From Terriglobia bacterium (lineage in GTDB: Bacteria; Acidobacteriota; Polarisedimenticolia; Polarisedimenticolales; JAIQFR01): a DNA stretch of 64,000 bases. The notes below the pieces were generated by a model that saw only the letters and a program-made list of their open reading frames with translations, did no database searches and was not told the DNA's origin. The stretch's first letter is position 1, and each line of letters starts with the position of its first letter. Shown piece by piece: positions 26,548 to 36,290 of this stretch. The stretch lies in contig CAVVHE010000004.1 in assembly GCA_963748015.1 (NCBI GenBank), forward strand, positions 1,216,001 to 1,280,000, given 5' to 3'. Position numbers and translations under genes: made by a program.

Positions 26548-27519
26548 CTAGACCAGATACCGCTCGGGGTCGCGCTCCGGTGGAACGGAGAGGCGGCGCT
26601 CCTCGTTCCCGCGCCGGTAAACGACCTCCACGAGGGACGAATCCCGGCCCGCCCCGTAACGGGCCGCCAGGCCGGCCGCTCGAGCCAGGCCGGCCTCGGG
26701 CGCCTCCCCCTCGAGGGCGACGATCGCCCCACCCCCCTGGCAGCGGCAGGTCCAGAGCCCCTCGGACAGCCCGGCGAGACGACTCCCTTCCTCGTCGTTC
26801 CGCGCGACGATCGCCTTGAGCGCGTGCGAGAGCCTGAAGTGGCGGCCGAGCCGGAGGCGCGCCAGCGCCTCCCTTCCGGGGTACGCCGTGCCGGAGTGGG
26901 ACAGCAGATCGCGCAGGCGCCTCGAGAACCCCGCGTCCGCGAGGAGGCAACAGCCGCTGCCCGGGGCGGGCCAGTCGCGGATGCCGAGACCCCGGGCCAA
27001 CTCGAGCTGCCCCGATCGGGAGCGCCCGTGGATGGCCCCGAGCCGGTTCCGGTCGAGGCGGCCCTCGGTCTCGGCCTCGGTCGGGGGGAGATGCGCCGCG
27101 GACAGCGGCCGCAGCAGCCGGCCGGCCAGCCCGGACTCGCGCTCGATCCGCTCGAGCGACTCCCTTCGCTGGCTCATTCGGCTCTGCCCGAGCACCTCCC
27201 CGGTCACGACGAGGGCGGCCCCGCGCCCGTCCGCCAGCCTCGCGGCGTGCCGCAGCATGAAGATCCGGCAGTCGATGCACGGGTTCATGCCGCTGCCGTA
27301 TCCGTGCTTCGGGCGGACGACGACGGTCTCGAAGTGCTCCGCGGCGACGTCGACGACCGTCACGCAGAGATCCGACGCGCCGCGCGCGGCCTCCGTCCGC
27401 TCCTCGCGCAGGAACGCGGTGACGAAGTGGACCGCCTCGGTCTCGAGCCCCTGCTCCGCGACGAGGCGCGCGGCGAGGCGGCCGTCGAGCCCGCCCGACA
27501 GGAGGGCAAGGGCCTTCAC
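26548..27519 (-). CDS. ThiI/MnmA-like PP-loop tRNA-modifying enzyme with NFACT-R-like C-terminus
   Basis: GGAGG RBS; LSGGLDG, GYGSGMNPCIDC, TGEVLGQ, LLRPLSA, PAPGSGCCLL, GRHFRL, VARNDEE. Confidence 0.82.
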   Translation of the reverse strand: MKALALLSGGLDGRLAARLVAEQGLETEAVHFVTAFLREERTEAARGASDLCVTVVDVAAEHFETVVVRPKHGYGSGMNPCIDCRIFMLRHAARLADGRGAALVVTGEVLGQSRMSQRRESLERIERESGLAGRLLRPLSAAHLPPTEAETEGRLDRNRLGAIHGRSRSGQLELARGLGIRDWPAPGSGCCLLADAGFSRRLRDLLSHSGTAYPGREALARLRLGRHFRLSHALKAIVARNDEEGSRLAGLSEGLWTCRCQGGGAIVALEGEAPEAGLARAAGLAARYGAGRDSSLVEVVYRRGNEERRLSVPPERDPERYLV

Positions 27520-27600
27520 GGTTTCCTCCGGATCGACCGAGCCGCCATGCCGTGAGGGTAGCATCCGCGGCCCCGGAACGACGGCCGGGCCGGGCGCCCC

Positions 27601-27628
27601 TTGACCCGTCACCCCAGGTACCTATATT
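27601..27628 (+). promoter_or_regulatory. Sigma70-like promoter
   Basis: TTGACC-16 nt-TATATT upstream of 27701. Confidence 0.55.
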
Positions 27629-27700
27629 TTCCGCCCTCCTGCCCCGCTTCGTCCGGCCAAGCTGCCGGCGGGGTCCGGCGGACGGGAGTGTGGCGAGCGC

Positions 27701-29008
27701 ATGCAGCCGGTCCGGCCTCGTGGCAACGTCCTGGTCTTCACCGCGGATCGCGAGTCGGGCGAGCGCCTCTGCCGGTGGATCGGCGCCGCCGGCGAGGAGC
27801 CGGTTCTCCTGGCGGGCCCCGAGAAGTTCCTCGTGGGCCGGGGCGACGACGAGACGGTCGACCTGGTGATCACCGACCTCGACACCGACGACCCGGCATC
27901 CCGGGCGCTCTTCGACCGGATCCTCTCCGGCGACCTGTTCTCGAGGATCCCGCAGCTCCACGTGATCCGCGACCTCGAGCTTCGTCAGGAGCTCCATCTC
28001 AAGAACCCGACGCTCGCGGCGCTGACCCTGGTGCATCCGCCGGAGGCGGGAGATTTCCAGGGACGGGTGCGACTGTCCACCGAGATCGGCCGGCTCCGGC
28101 GCTCTCTGCAGCAAAACGCCATTCGCGACACGCTGACCGGTCTCTACAACCGGCAGCACCTGTACTACCGCCTCGGCGAGGAATTCTCCCGGTCCCGCCG
28201 TTACCGGAGCCCGCTGTCCTTCGTCCTCTTCGACATCGACCAGCTGAAGAGCATCAACGACTCCCTAGGACAGGCGTCCGGAGACTCGGTGATCCACCAG
28301 GTCGCCGAGGTCCTGCGCCACCAGGTGCGCCGGGAGGACGTCCTCGGCAGGACCGGCGAGGAGTCGTTCGGCACGATCCTTCCCGGCAACCGGTACCGGG
28401 GCGCCGCGGTGTTCGCGAGCAAGATCCGGACGCACACGGAGGAGATCCTGCTCCGCCACGAGGGGAGCAGGTTCCAGGTCCGCGTTTCCGCGGGGATATC
28501 GAGCTATCCCGACAACCGCGCGATCCGCTCCGCGGAAGACCTCGTCCGCGCCACCGAGAACGCGCTGGCCGAGGCCAAGGCACGCGGCGGCAACCGCGTG
28601 TTCATCGACGAGGCGGTGCTGAGACACGAGCGGCGCGTGATCCTCGTCGCGGACACCGACCGGACGCTGCTCGATCTCGCCGAGGATCTCCTGTCGATGG
28701 ACGACTACCGCGTCCTGCGCGCGGAGTCCGCGGGCGCGGTCGAAGAGGCGCTGCGTTACCGGAGGCCGGACCTCCTCGTCCTCGACCTCAAGATGGCGGA
28801 CAGCGACGGCGGCACCCCGCTGATCGAGAGAATCCAGGGGCTGTTCCCGGGAACGCGGATCCCGATCATCGGACTCTCCTCCGACCCGGACGCGGACCCC
28901 GAGCGTCTGACCCACCTCGGCGTGGACCGCTTCATCACCAAGCCGTTCAGCCTGAGCCTCCTTCGAAGCGTCGCCCGCGAGCTCCTCGACGCCTACCGGC
29001 AGGGTTGA
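27701..29008 (+). CDS. REC-GGDEF-REC protein with degenerate GGDEF motif
   Basis: DTLTGLYNR, DIDQLKSINDSLG, RRED I-site, GEESF in place of GGEEF; C-terminal REC (LDLKM, TKPF). Confidence 0.88.
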   Translation: MQPVRPRGNVLVFTADRESGERLCRWIGAAGEEPVLLAGPEKFLVGRGDDETVDLVITDLDTDDPASRALFDRILSGDLFSRIPQLHVIRDLELRQELHLKNPTLAALTLVHPPEAGDFQGRVRLSTEIGRLRRSLQQNAIRDTLTGLYNRQHLYYRLGEEFSRSRRYRSPLSFVLFDIDQLKSINDSLGQASGDSVIHQVAEVLRHQVRREDVLGRTGEESFGTILPGNRYRGAAVFASKIRTHTEEILLRHEGSRFQVRVSAGISSYPDNRAIRSAEDLVRATENALAEAKARGGNRVFIDEAVLRHERRVILVADTDRTLLDLAEDLLSMDDYRVLRAESAGAVEEALRYRRPDLLVLDLKMADSDGGTPLIERIQGLFPGTRIPIIGLSSDPDADPERLTHLGVDRFITKPFSLSLLRSVARELLDAYRQG

Positions 29009-29052
29009 GACGGGGCGGTCCCGGGCGATCGTCCTCCGCGAGGTCTCGTCGT

Positions 29053-29082
29053 TTGACACCGAGCGCTCCGGCGCCCTATCCT
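29053..29082 (+). promoter_or_regulatory. Sigma70-like promoter
   Basis: TTGACA-18 nt-TATCCT, then GGAGG RBS and GTG at 29100. Confidence 0.6.
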
Positions 29083-29099
29083 CGCGGTGGAGGGATGGC

Positions 29100-29588
29100 G
29101 TGAGCCGCTTCGCCCGAAGCAGCGAGAGCTTGGTGCGCGTGGGGCTCCGGTCGGCGCTCGCGCTCCTGATCGTTTCGTCCGCTCTCCTCTCGCAAGGGCC
29201 AGGGTATGCCGCGACCGGCGAGGAGGAAGCGCGAAAATCGGCGCGCCTGTTCGGCCAGGCGCTCACCAGCGGCCAGGCTTCGCTGCTGCGCTCGATCCTC
29301 CCGGCCGGCGGGAAGATCCACCTCGCCGTGTCCCGCCTCGTTCCCGAGGAGGGGTACTTCGGAGCCAGCCAGGTCGAAGCGCTCATCGGCGATTTCCTGT
29401 CGCAGGGCTCGGTCCGCTCCTTCGAGCTGCTGCGCCTCGAGTCGGACGGAAAGACCAACGCGCTGGCCCACGCGCGCGCGGTCCTGACGGACCGGCAGGG
29501 TCGCCCCGCGCGCCTCGGCATCCACCTCTCGTTCCAGACCGAGGAAGACCGCTGGGTCCTCAGGGAGATCAAGGAAACCCTCGAATGA
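29100..29588 (+). CDS. Small secreted protein, DUF4783-like
   Basis: Signal peptide; EGYFGASQVEALIGDFL pattern; C-terminal WVLREI. Confidence 0.65.
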   Translation: MSRFARSSESLVRVGLRSALALLIVSSALLSQGPGYAATGEEEARKSARLFGQALTSGQASLLRSILPAGGKIHLAVSRLVPEEGYFGASQVEALIGDFLSQGSVRSFELLRLESDGKTNALAHARAVLTDRQGRPARLGIHLSFQTEEDRWVLREIKETLE

Positions 29589-29607
29589 GCGAGGGTCGGA
29601 TCGGCGA

Positions 29608-32600
29608 ATGAGCCGGCGGCTGGTCAGATTCGCGATCCTCCTCGGGTTGCCCGTGGCGATCCTGATCGCCGGCGAGGTCGCGGCGCGCCTCGCTCTCGGC
29701 CGCACGCCGGAGGCCGTGAAGGGCGACCTCGAGGCGGAGGCGGCCCGGCTGGACGACTTCTTCCGCGGGTCCCTCGACTCGGCTCTCGCCACGGCCCGCG
29801 CCGCGCTCGAGCGCTCCACCGCGGCCGCTTGGGACGAGGGAGCAAGGCCAGGCCCCCTCGCGGCGCGGCTCGAAGGGGTGGCGCTGCTCGACGCCTCCGG
29901 CGCCTACCTATCGTGGGAGGGACGTCCGGATCGTCTGCGGCCGGCGGCCTCGACGGCCGGCCCGCTGTGGGAGATCCAGGTCGAAGGGCTCAACACCCGC
30001 CTCGTCGTGGCCACTCCCCGCGACGCGTCGGGTCGCGTGGGGTCCGCGACCTACCTCCTGGACTCCCCGCGGCAGGACCTGCGATTCACCGCGCTGCTCC
30101 CGGGGTCCCTCGCGCGAGGCGCGGTGCGCTCGATCGATTTCCTGGACGCCGACGAGCCGCGGACCGATTCCGCCGGCGTGGTCGGCGACGGGCGGCCGCT
30201 GTTCAGGAGCGCCCCGGTCGCGACGCTCTACCTTCCGCTGCGTTCCCCCGCGGGAGAGGTGATCGGTCTCGCGACGCTCGAGAAAGTGTCGCCGGGGCAC
30301 GTCGCGGCCCGGCGCCGCGCCGCGGCGACGTCGACCGCGGCTGCCCTCCTGTGCGTGCTGGCCGCCGCGATCTTCGACTGGAGCCGCCGGAGCTCGTGGC
30401 GTGGTTTCGTCGGCAGCGTCGCGGCCGTCGCCGCCGGCAGGGCCGTCCTCCTCGTCACACGCGCTCCGCTGCATCTTCTCCCGCGGGAGGTGGGCTCCGC
30501 GAGCGCGTACGGCTCTCCCGGAGCTTTCGGCCTGCTCGGCTCGCCCGCGGACCTGCTCCTCACCTCCGTGGCGGCCTTCCTCGTCGCCCTCTCCCTCGCG
30601 CGCGTGTTCCGGGAAGTATGCGCCGCGAGGCCCCGCGTCGCGGCCGCGGGATCGGCGGCGGCAGGGCTCGTGCTCGCGGTTTTCGCGGGCGCCCTCGCGG
30701 CCGATCTCGCCCGGGACGCTCGCGCGCCTCTCCTCCGCCTCGAGCAGACCACGCGCTCCCCGGGACAGGTCCTGCTGCTCCTCGGTCTAGGCCTCCTGGT
30801 CCTGGGCGCCGCCGAGCTCCTCGCGTTGCCGTGGGCCCTGCGGCGCCGGACGGCGCTCCCGGCCCCGCCCCGCGCGACGCGCCTTGCCGTGGCGGTCGCG
30901 GCGCTCCCCGTGGTCGCGCTCGCGAGCGCCGCGCTGCTTTCCACCACGGACCGGGCGGCGCGGGAGCGCCTGCTCTCGGAGTTCGCGCCTCAGGTCGTGG
31001 AACAGTCCTCGCGGAGGAGAGTCACCCTCGTGTCCGGGCTGCGCGAGGCCGCGCAGTCCGACCGGGCCGTCGACGCGGTGTCCGGGCCGACGGGGCCGCG
31101 GGACGAGTACGCCGCCTACCTCGCGTGGGTCGACAGCGATCTCTTCCGCGCCGGCTACAAGTCCTCCCTCGATTTCTACGACACGGGCGGGCAGCGTCGA
31201 AGCCGCTTCGGCTTCGACGTACCGCAGCTCGCCGAGGACGTCCCGAAGGGCGACGCGCCGCCGGCGATCGTCGTTCGCGAGGAGACCTCGCGACTCGGCG
31301 CGATCCAGCAGCGCCTCCTGCACGCCGAGGCGCCGATCGTCGACGGCAAGGGGGCCCGGATCGGGACCGTGGTCGGGCACGTCCTCGACGAGCCCGACAA
31401 CCTCCCCTTCCTCCCCGCCTCCGCGACGTTCCTCGCCGCGCTCGGGCCCGGCGCACCGCGCACCTCGGCGGGGGAATCGGCCGGAGCTCCCGACTACATC
31501 CTGTACGACGCGACCGGCACGGTGCTCCTCTCGACGATCAACCAGCCGCCGGCGGCCGCCGGCCCGATGCGCGAGGCGGGGCGCGCCCGCCGAACGCTGG
31601 AGCTCGACGTGGCGGGGCAGCCGTACCTCGCCCTTCCCCTCGCTTCGGGAGACCTCCTTCACGTCCTGCTCCTCCCGAGATTGGCGCTGATCGACGAGCT
31701 CGGGACCTTCGCGCGCCTCTCGATCGTCGTCCTTTCCCTCCTCGGCGTCCTCGCGGCCGCGCCCCTTCTGATCCGGGGGAGCGGACTGGCGGAGATCGTG
31801 CGGGGCGTGAGGGCCTCCTTCTACCGGAAACTGCTCGCCGCGCTGCTCGCCGCGTCCATCCTCCCGCTTCTCGGCCTGGCGTTCTTCGTCCGCGGAACGA
31901 TCGAGCGGCGCGCCGAGGCGGGCTTCGTGGAGTCCACCGCCCAGCTCGCGCGGATCGTCAGCCGCGTGGTCGCGGACTGCGCCGCCGTCGAGGAGCGCGG
32001 CGGGCCGGCCGCCGGTTTCAACGACGAGATCCTGCAGTGGCTTCGGCGGATCGTGGGCCAGGACATCCATCTCTACGAGAACGGCGAGCTGGTCGCGACA
32101 TCGCGGCGTGAGATGTTCGCCTCCGGGTACCTGCTGCCGCGGCTTCCCGGCGAGGTGGACCGGCGCATGGTTCGCGGCGGGCTCCCCTTCCTGCTCCGCG
32201 ACGGCGAGACCGGATCGGTCGCGATCCCGACCGTCTACGCCCGGGCGCACCTTCCCGGACCCGACCGCGCGACGGTGATCGCGGTGCCGGTGGTCCTCCA
32301 GCAGCAAGGGGTCGCGCGGGCCGTCGCCCGCATCGTGGAGCTGTTGCTGCTCGCGACGGTCGTGCTCGCCGGTCTCCTGGCCGGGGTGGCGGCCCTGATC
32401 GCGCGGACCGTCGCTCGGCCGGTCCGCGACCTGCTGGGCGCCACCGCGAGCATCGCCGCCGGCGACTACGGCACCCGGCTCCACGCGCGAACCCGCGACG
32501 AGGTCGCCGGCCTGGTGGAGGGGTTCAACACGATGGCGAGCGCGCTCGCCGGCCAGCGCGCCGATCTGATCGCGCGGAAGGACTACATCGAGGCGCTCTT

Positions 32601-33603
32601 GAGCCATGCGACGACCGGTGTGGTCTCGACGGACGCCGCCGGGCGCGTGGTCACGCTGAACCCCGCCGCGGTCGGCCTCCTCACGCCGGCCGGCCCGCCG
32701 CCGCGCGCCGGCGACGCGCTTCTCGACGCCGTCTCGCGGGACCCGGAGCTCGGCCCCCTCGCCTCGGCTCTCGCTTCTCCCCCGCCTTCCCGGGGCGAGC
32801 CCCGCGAGGTGGACATCGTTCGCGCCGGAAGGCCGCTGAGGTTGCGGCTCGTTCGCGTGGATCTCCCGGATCCTTCGGGGGGGCCGCCGGGCGCCCTGGT
32901 GCTGCTCGACGACGTCACCGATCTCATGCGGAGCAACCAGCTCGAGGCGTGGGCGGAAATGGCGAGGGCGATCGCGCACGAGATCAAGAACCCGCTGACA
33001 CCGATCCAGCTCTCGACCGACCACCTCACCCGGCTGCTCCGCGAGCGGCTGCCCGAACCCTCGCCGGAGATCGATGCGTGCATCGAGAACGTGACCAGGC
33101 AGGTGCGGGCGCTCCGCGAGATCGCCGCGGAGTTCTCGGCCTACGCGAAGCTGCCGACCCTCAACCCGGAGCCCGTCGACCCTGCCGCCTTCCTCGGAGA
33201 GATCGCGGCCACGTACCGGTCCAGCCGGCCGCCCGGCATCGTCGTCGAGGAGCGCTTCGAGGCGGCGCCGCGGATCGCGGCCGACCGGCGGGTCCTGGGG
33301 CGCGCGATCGTCAACCTCGTCGAGAACGCGCTGCAGGCCATGCCGGACGGCGGAACGCTCACCTTCGCGGTGGAGCCCGCGGAGGGCGGCGGGACGATGC
33401 TCACGATCGCGGACACCGGAGTCGGTCTCGACCCCTTGGCCCATCGCCGCCTGTTCCAGCCCTACTTCTCGACGAAGTCGTCGGGAACGGGGCTCGGCCT
33501 CGCCATCGTGCGACGGTCGGTCGAGGTTCACGGCGGCACGATCGATGTCGAGAGCGCCCCCGGCCGCGGAACGACCTTCCGCATCCGCCTGCCGGCGGCG
33601 TGA
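29608..33603 (+). CDS. Very large membrane sensor histidine kinase (HAMP-PAS-HisKA-HATPase, NtrY-like)
   Basis: DEVAGLVEGFNTMA HAMP; AWAEMARAIAHEIKNPLTP H-box; NLVENA, DTGVG, PYFSTK, GTGLGL. Confidence 0.92.
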   Translation: MSRRLVRFAILLGLPVAILIAGEVAARLALGRTPEAVKGDLEAEAARLDDFFRGSLDSALATARAALERSTAAAWDEGARPGPLAARLEGVALLDASGAYLSWEGRPDRLRPAASTAGPLWEIQVEGLNTRLVVATPRDASGRVGSATYLLDSPRQDLRFTALLPGSLARGAVRSIDFLDADEPRTDSAGVVGDGRPLFRSAPVATLYLPLRSPAGEVIGLATLEKVSPGHVAARRRAAATSTAAALLCVLAAAIFDWSRRSSWRGFVGSVAAVAAGRAVLLVTRAPLHLLPREVGSASAYGSPGAFGLLGSPADLLLTSVAAFLVALSLARVFREVCAARPRVAAAGSAAAGLVLAVFAGALAADLARDARAPLLRLEQTTRSPGQVLLLLGLGLLVLGAAELLALPWALRRRTALPAPPRATRLAVAVAALPVVALASAALLSTTDRAARERLLSEFAPQVVEQSSRRRVTLVSGLREAAQSDRAVDAVSGPTGPRDEYAAYLAWVDSDLFRAGYKSSLDFYDTGGQRRSRFGFDVPQLAEDVPKGDAPPAIVVREETSRLGAIQQRLLHAEAPIVDGKGARIGTVVGHVLDEPDNLPFLPASATFLAALGPGAPRTSAGESAGAPDYILYDATGTVLLSTINQPPAAAGPMREAGRARRTLELDVAGQPYLALPLASGDLLHVLLLPRLALIDELGTFARLSIVVLSLLGVLAAAPLLIRGSGLAEIVRGVRASFYRKLLAALLAASILPLLGLAFFVRGTIERRAEAGFVESTAQLARIVSRVVADCAAVEERGGPAAGFNDEILQWLRRIVGQDIHLYENGELVATSRREMFASGYLLPRLPGEVDRRMVRGGLPFLLRDGETGSVAIPTVYARAHLPGPDRATVIAVPVVLQQQGVARAVARIVELLLLATVVLAGLLAGVAALIARTVARPVRDLLGATASIAAGDYGTRLHARTRDEVAGLVEGFNTMASALAGQRADLIARKDYIEALLSHATTGVVSTDAAGRVVTLNPAAVGLLTPAGPPPRAGDALLDAVSRDPELGPLASALASPPPSRGEPREVDIVRAGRPLRLRLVRVDLPDPSGGPPGALVLLDDVTDLMRSNQLEAWAEMARAIAHEIKNPLTPIQLSTDHLTRLLRERLPEPSPEIDACIENVTRQVRALREIAAEFSAYAKLPTLNPEPVDPAAFLGEIAATYRSSRPPGIVVEERFEAAPRIAADRRVLGRAIVNLVENALQAMPDGGTLTFAVEPAEGGGTMLTIADTGVGLDPLAHRRLFQPYFSTKSSGTGLGLAIVRRSVEVHGGTIDVESAPGRGTTFRIRLPAA

Positions 33604-33626
33604 GCCGGCCTGACGGTCCGGCACGG

Positions 33627-33632
33627 TATACT
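33627..33632 (+). promoter_or_regulatory. -10 box of a probable leaderless transcript
   Basis: TATACT 6 nt before GTG 33639; no RBS. Confidence 0.55.
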
Positions 33633-33638
33633 TTCCGC

Positions 33639-34091
33639 GTGACCGAACGATCGAGACCGCCGAGACGCTCCACCGCGCGCCAGCCGTGGTACGCCGAGGG
33701 GCTGCGCTTCGAATGCCTCCCCGACTGCGGGGCGTGCTGCACGAGCCACGGCGACTACGATTACGTCTACCTGGACCCCGACGACGTGGACCGGCTCGCG
33801 AAGGCGCTCGGACTCTCGCGCGACGCGTTCCTCGAGACGCACGCCAGGGAGGAGGACGGCTACCTCGCGCTGCGCATGAACGGGCCGGACTGCCCGTATC
33901 TCCGCGGGACCGGGTGCGGGGTCTACGAGGCGCGCCCCAACCAGTGCCGCACCTTCCCGTTCTGGAAAGAGAACCTCCGGAGCCGGACGGCGTGGGACCG
34001 CCTCCGCGTGTTCTGCCCTGGCATCGGCTCCGGGGACGTGCACGCCGTGGAGGCGGTCCGCGCCATCGCCGCGAAGAACACCGAGCCGTAG
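33639..34091 (+). CDS. YkgJ-family (CxxCxxCC) cysteine-cluster protein
   Basis: WYAEGLRFECLPDCGACC, CPYL, CGVYEARPNQCRTFPFW, CPGIG. Confidence 0.92.
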   Translation: MTERSRPPRRSTARQPWYAEGLRFECLPDCGACCTSHGDYDYVYLDPDDVDRLAKALGLSRDAFLETHAREEDGYLALRMNGPDCPYLRGTGCGVYEARPNQCRTFPFWKENLRSRTAWDRLRVFCPGIGSGDVHAVEAVRAIAAKNTEP

Positions 34092-34098
34092 GCGCGCG

Positions 34099-35088
34099 AT
34101 GACGCGGCTCCTCGTCCGGCGGATCCTCGCGGCCGTTCCGCTCGTCCTCGGCGTTCTGACACTGGTCTTCGTCCTGGTCGAGTCCGCGCCGGGGAACCCG
34201 AGCGCTCTTCTCCTCGGCGACCGCCCGGTCCCGCCCGAGGTGCGGGCGAGGATCGTCGCCGCGTACGGCCTCGACCGCCCGCCGGTTGAGCGCTACCTGC
34301 GCTGGCTCGGATCCGTGGCGCTCCGCGGCGAGATGGGGTGGTCCATCTCGCGCGGACGGCCGGTGACCCGCGTGCTCGCCGGCGCGCTTCCCGCCACGCT
34401 CCTGCTGTCCGGCGCCGCGCTGCTGCTCCATCTCGCGGCGGGAGTGGCACTGGGCCTGGCCACGGCCCGCTGGCAAGGCCGCTGGCCCGACCGTGCGCTC
34501 GGCGCCGCGAGCCTGGCGATCTACTCGATGCCGGCGTTCTGGGTGGGGCTGATGGCGATCCTGTCGCTCTCGCTCGCGCTCGGGTGGTTTCCCCCGGGGG
34601 CCACCCACTCGGTCGGAGCCGAGACGTGGCCTCTCCCTAGGCGCGTGGCCGACCTCGCCTGGCATCTCGCTCTTCCCGCGGCGATCCTGGGGCTGACGTC
34701 CGCCGCCGCGCTCGGCCGCTTCATCCGCTCGGGCGTCGTGGCGGCACTCGGCGAGGAATTCGTGCGCGCGGCGCGAGCGCGCGGAGCCGGAGGCGGCCGG
34801 GTCCTCTTCGGTCACGCCCTGCGCAACGCGCTCCTTCCCGCGATCACCCTCGCCGGGTTGTCGCTTCCCGTGCTCGTCTCCGGCTCGCTCGTCACCGAGG
34901 TCGTCTTCTCGTGGCCGGGAATGGGGCGGGTCGCCTACGAGGCGATCCTCGCTCGCGACGTCCCGGTCGTCCTCGCCGCGACGCTGCTGTCCTCGCTCCT
35001 CGTCGTCGTGGGGAACCTGGCGGCGGACCTGGCGCTCCTCGCCGCGGATCCGAGGATCCGCGCGGGAAGACAAGGGGCGTCGCCGTGA
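34099..35088 (+). CDS. Peptide ABC permease, OppB/DppB family
   Basis: APGNP, YGLDRP..ERY, MPAFWVG, FVRAARARG, HALRNALLP, EVVFSWPGMG. Confidence 0.93.
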   Translation: MTRLLVRRILAAVPLVLGVLTLVFVLVESAPGNPSALLLGDRPVPPEVRARIVAAYGLDRPPVERYLRWLGSVALRGEMGWSISRGRPVTRVLAGALPATLLLSGAALLLHLAAGVALGLATARWQGRWPDRALGAASLAIYSMPAFWVGLMAILSLSLALGWFPPGATHSVGAETWPLPRRVADLAWHLALPAAILGLTSAAALGRFIRSGVVAALGEEFVRAARARGAGGGRVLFGHALRNALLPAITLAGLSLPVLVSGSLVTEVVFSWPGMGRVAYEAILARDVPVVLAATLLSSLLVVVGNLAADLALLAADPRIRAGRQGASP

Positions 35089-36065
35089 GCCGGCGCGGCC
35101 TCCTCGCGGGGACCGCCTTCCTCGCGGCCGTTGCGGCCGCGGCGATCCTGGCGCCGTGGCTCGGGCTGCGCGACCCGGCGGCGCAGCCGGACGGTCTCGT
35201 CCTCAGGGACCTCCCGCCGCTCGCGCGGGTCGAGGCCGTCCGTCTCGCGGTAGGCGGGCTGCGATACGCCCACGAGGTTCGCGCCGAGCCCGACGGCTCC
35301 GTGAGCGTTCGCCGCGAAACGTCCTGGGAGCGGATCCCGCCGTCGTCGCTTCTGGGCCCATCCCCGTCCGCTTGGCACGCCCGCCCGTTCTTCCCCCTCG
35401 GCACCGACGGCTACGGGCGCGACCTCCTGAGCCGGCTCCTCCACGGCGCCCGGATCTCGCTCGTGGTCAGCCTGCTCGCCGCGCTGCTGTCGGTGGCGGC
35501 CGGCGCCGCGGCCGGCGTCGCCGCCGGCCTCCTCGGCGGCTTCGCCGACGCGGTCCTGATGCGCCTCGCCGACGTGTTCCTCGCGGTGCCGCGCCTGTTC
35601 CTCCTTCTCCTCCTCGTCGCCCTCTACGGTCCATCGCTCGCGGGGACCGTCATCGTGCTGGCGGCCACCTCGTGGATGGCGGCGGCCCGCCTCGCCCGCG
35701 CCGAGATCCTCTCCCTTCGCGAGCGCGACTTCGTGCGCGCCGCGGAGGCCGCGGGGGCCTCAGGCACGCGCGTCGCCCTCCTGCACCTCCTCCCGGGGGC
35801 CGCCGCGCCCCTCCTCGTCGAGGCGACCCTCCGCGTGGCGAACACGCTCCTCCTCGAGTCCTCTCTCTCGTTCCTCGGCCTCGGGGTACCCTCTCCCGCG
35901 GCGTCGTGGGGGAACCTGATCGCCGACGGGCGCGACGCGCTCCTCGGCGCCTGGTGGATCGCCACCCTCCCCGGTCTCGCGATCGCTGCGACCGTGCTCT
36001 CCGTCAACGCGATCGCCGAAGCCCTCCGCACCCGCCTCGATCCGAAAACCGCCGGAAGAGAATGA
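35085..36065 (+). CDS. Peptide ABC permease, OppC/DppC family
   Basis: FPLGTDGYGRDLLSRLLHGARISL, RERDFVRAA, ESSLSFLGLG, SWGNLI. Confidence 0.93.
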   Translation: MSRRGLLAGTAFLAAVAAAAILAPWLGLRDPAAQPDGLVLRDLPPLARVEAVRLAVGGLRYAHEVRAEPDGSVSVRRETSWERIPPSSLLGPSPSAWHARPFFPLGTDGYGRDLLSRLLHGARISLVVSLLAALLSVAAGAAAGVAAGLLGGFADAVLMRLADVFLAVPRLFLLLLLVALYGPSLAGTVIVLAATSWMAAARLARAEILSLRERDFVRAAEAAGASGTRVALLHLLPGAAAPLLVEATLRVANTLLLESSLSFLGLGVPSPAASWGNLIADGRDALLGAWWIATLPGLAIAATVLSVNAIAEALRTRLDPKTAGRE

Positions 36066-36117
36066 TTCGCCGTCCGATCGGTCTCGTCGAAACCAGGACT
36101 CGAGGCCGTCATCGAAA

Positions 36118-36290
36118 GCGCGGCCGGTTCGCCGGACCCGAGCACGACCGGACGCGGCCCTGTTTTCGCGCGGCCGTCTCTTCCATGGACGGCCGCGCGA
36201 AAACCGGAGCGAGGCGGCGCGGCGACTTGCGCCGCGCAACGCCGAAGCGTGCCGCGGAGGTCGTGCTCGGGTCCGGCGAACCGGCCGCGC
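36118..36290. repeat. 173-nt palindromic element: perfect 32-bp terminal inverted repeats enclosing two hairpins
   Basis: 36118-36149 is the exact reverse complement of 36259-36290; 36162-36178 pairs perfectly with 36188-36204; 36217-36224 pairs with 36230-36237. Confidence 0.9.

Noticed and set aside
36118..36290. Element as 6S RNA, SRP RNA or tmRNA
   Set aside because: No recognisable conserved motifs of these RNAs; perfectly paired arms are unlike the bulged 6S rod. An Rfam search is still needed.
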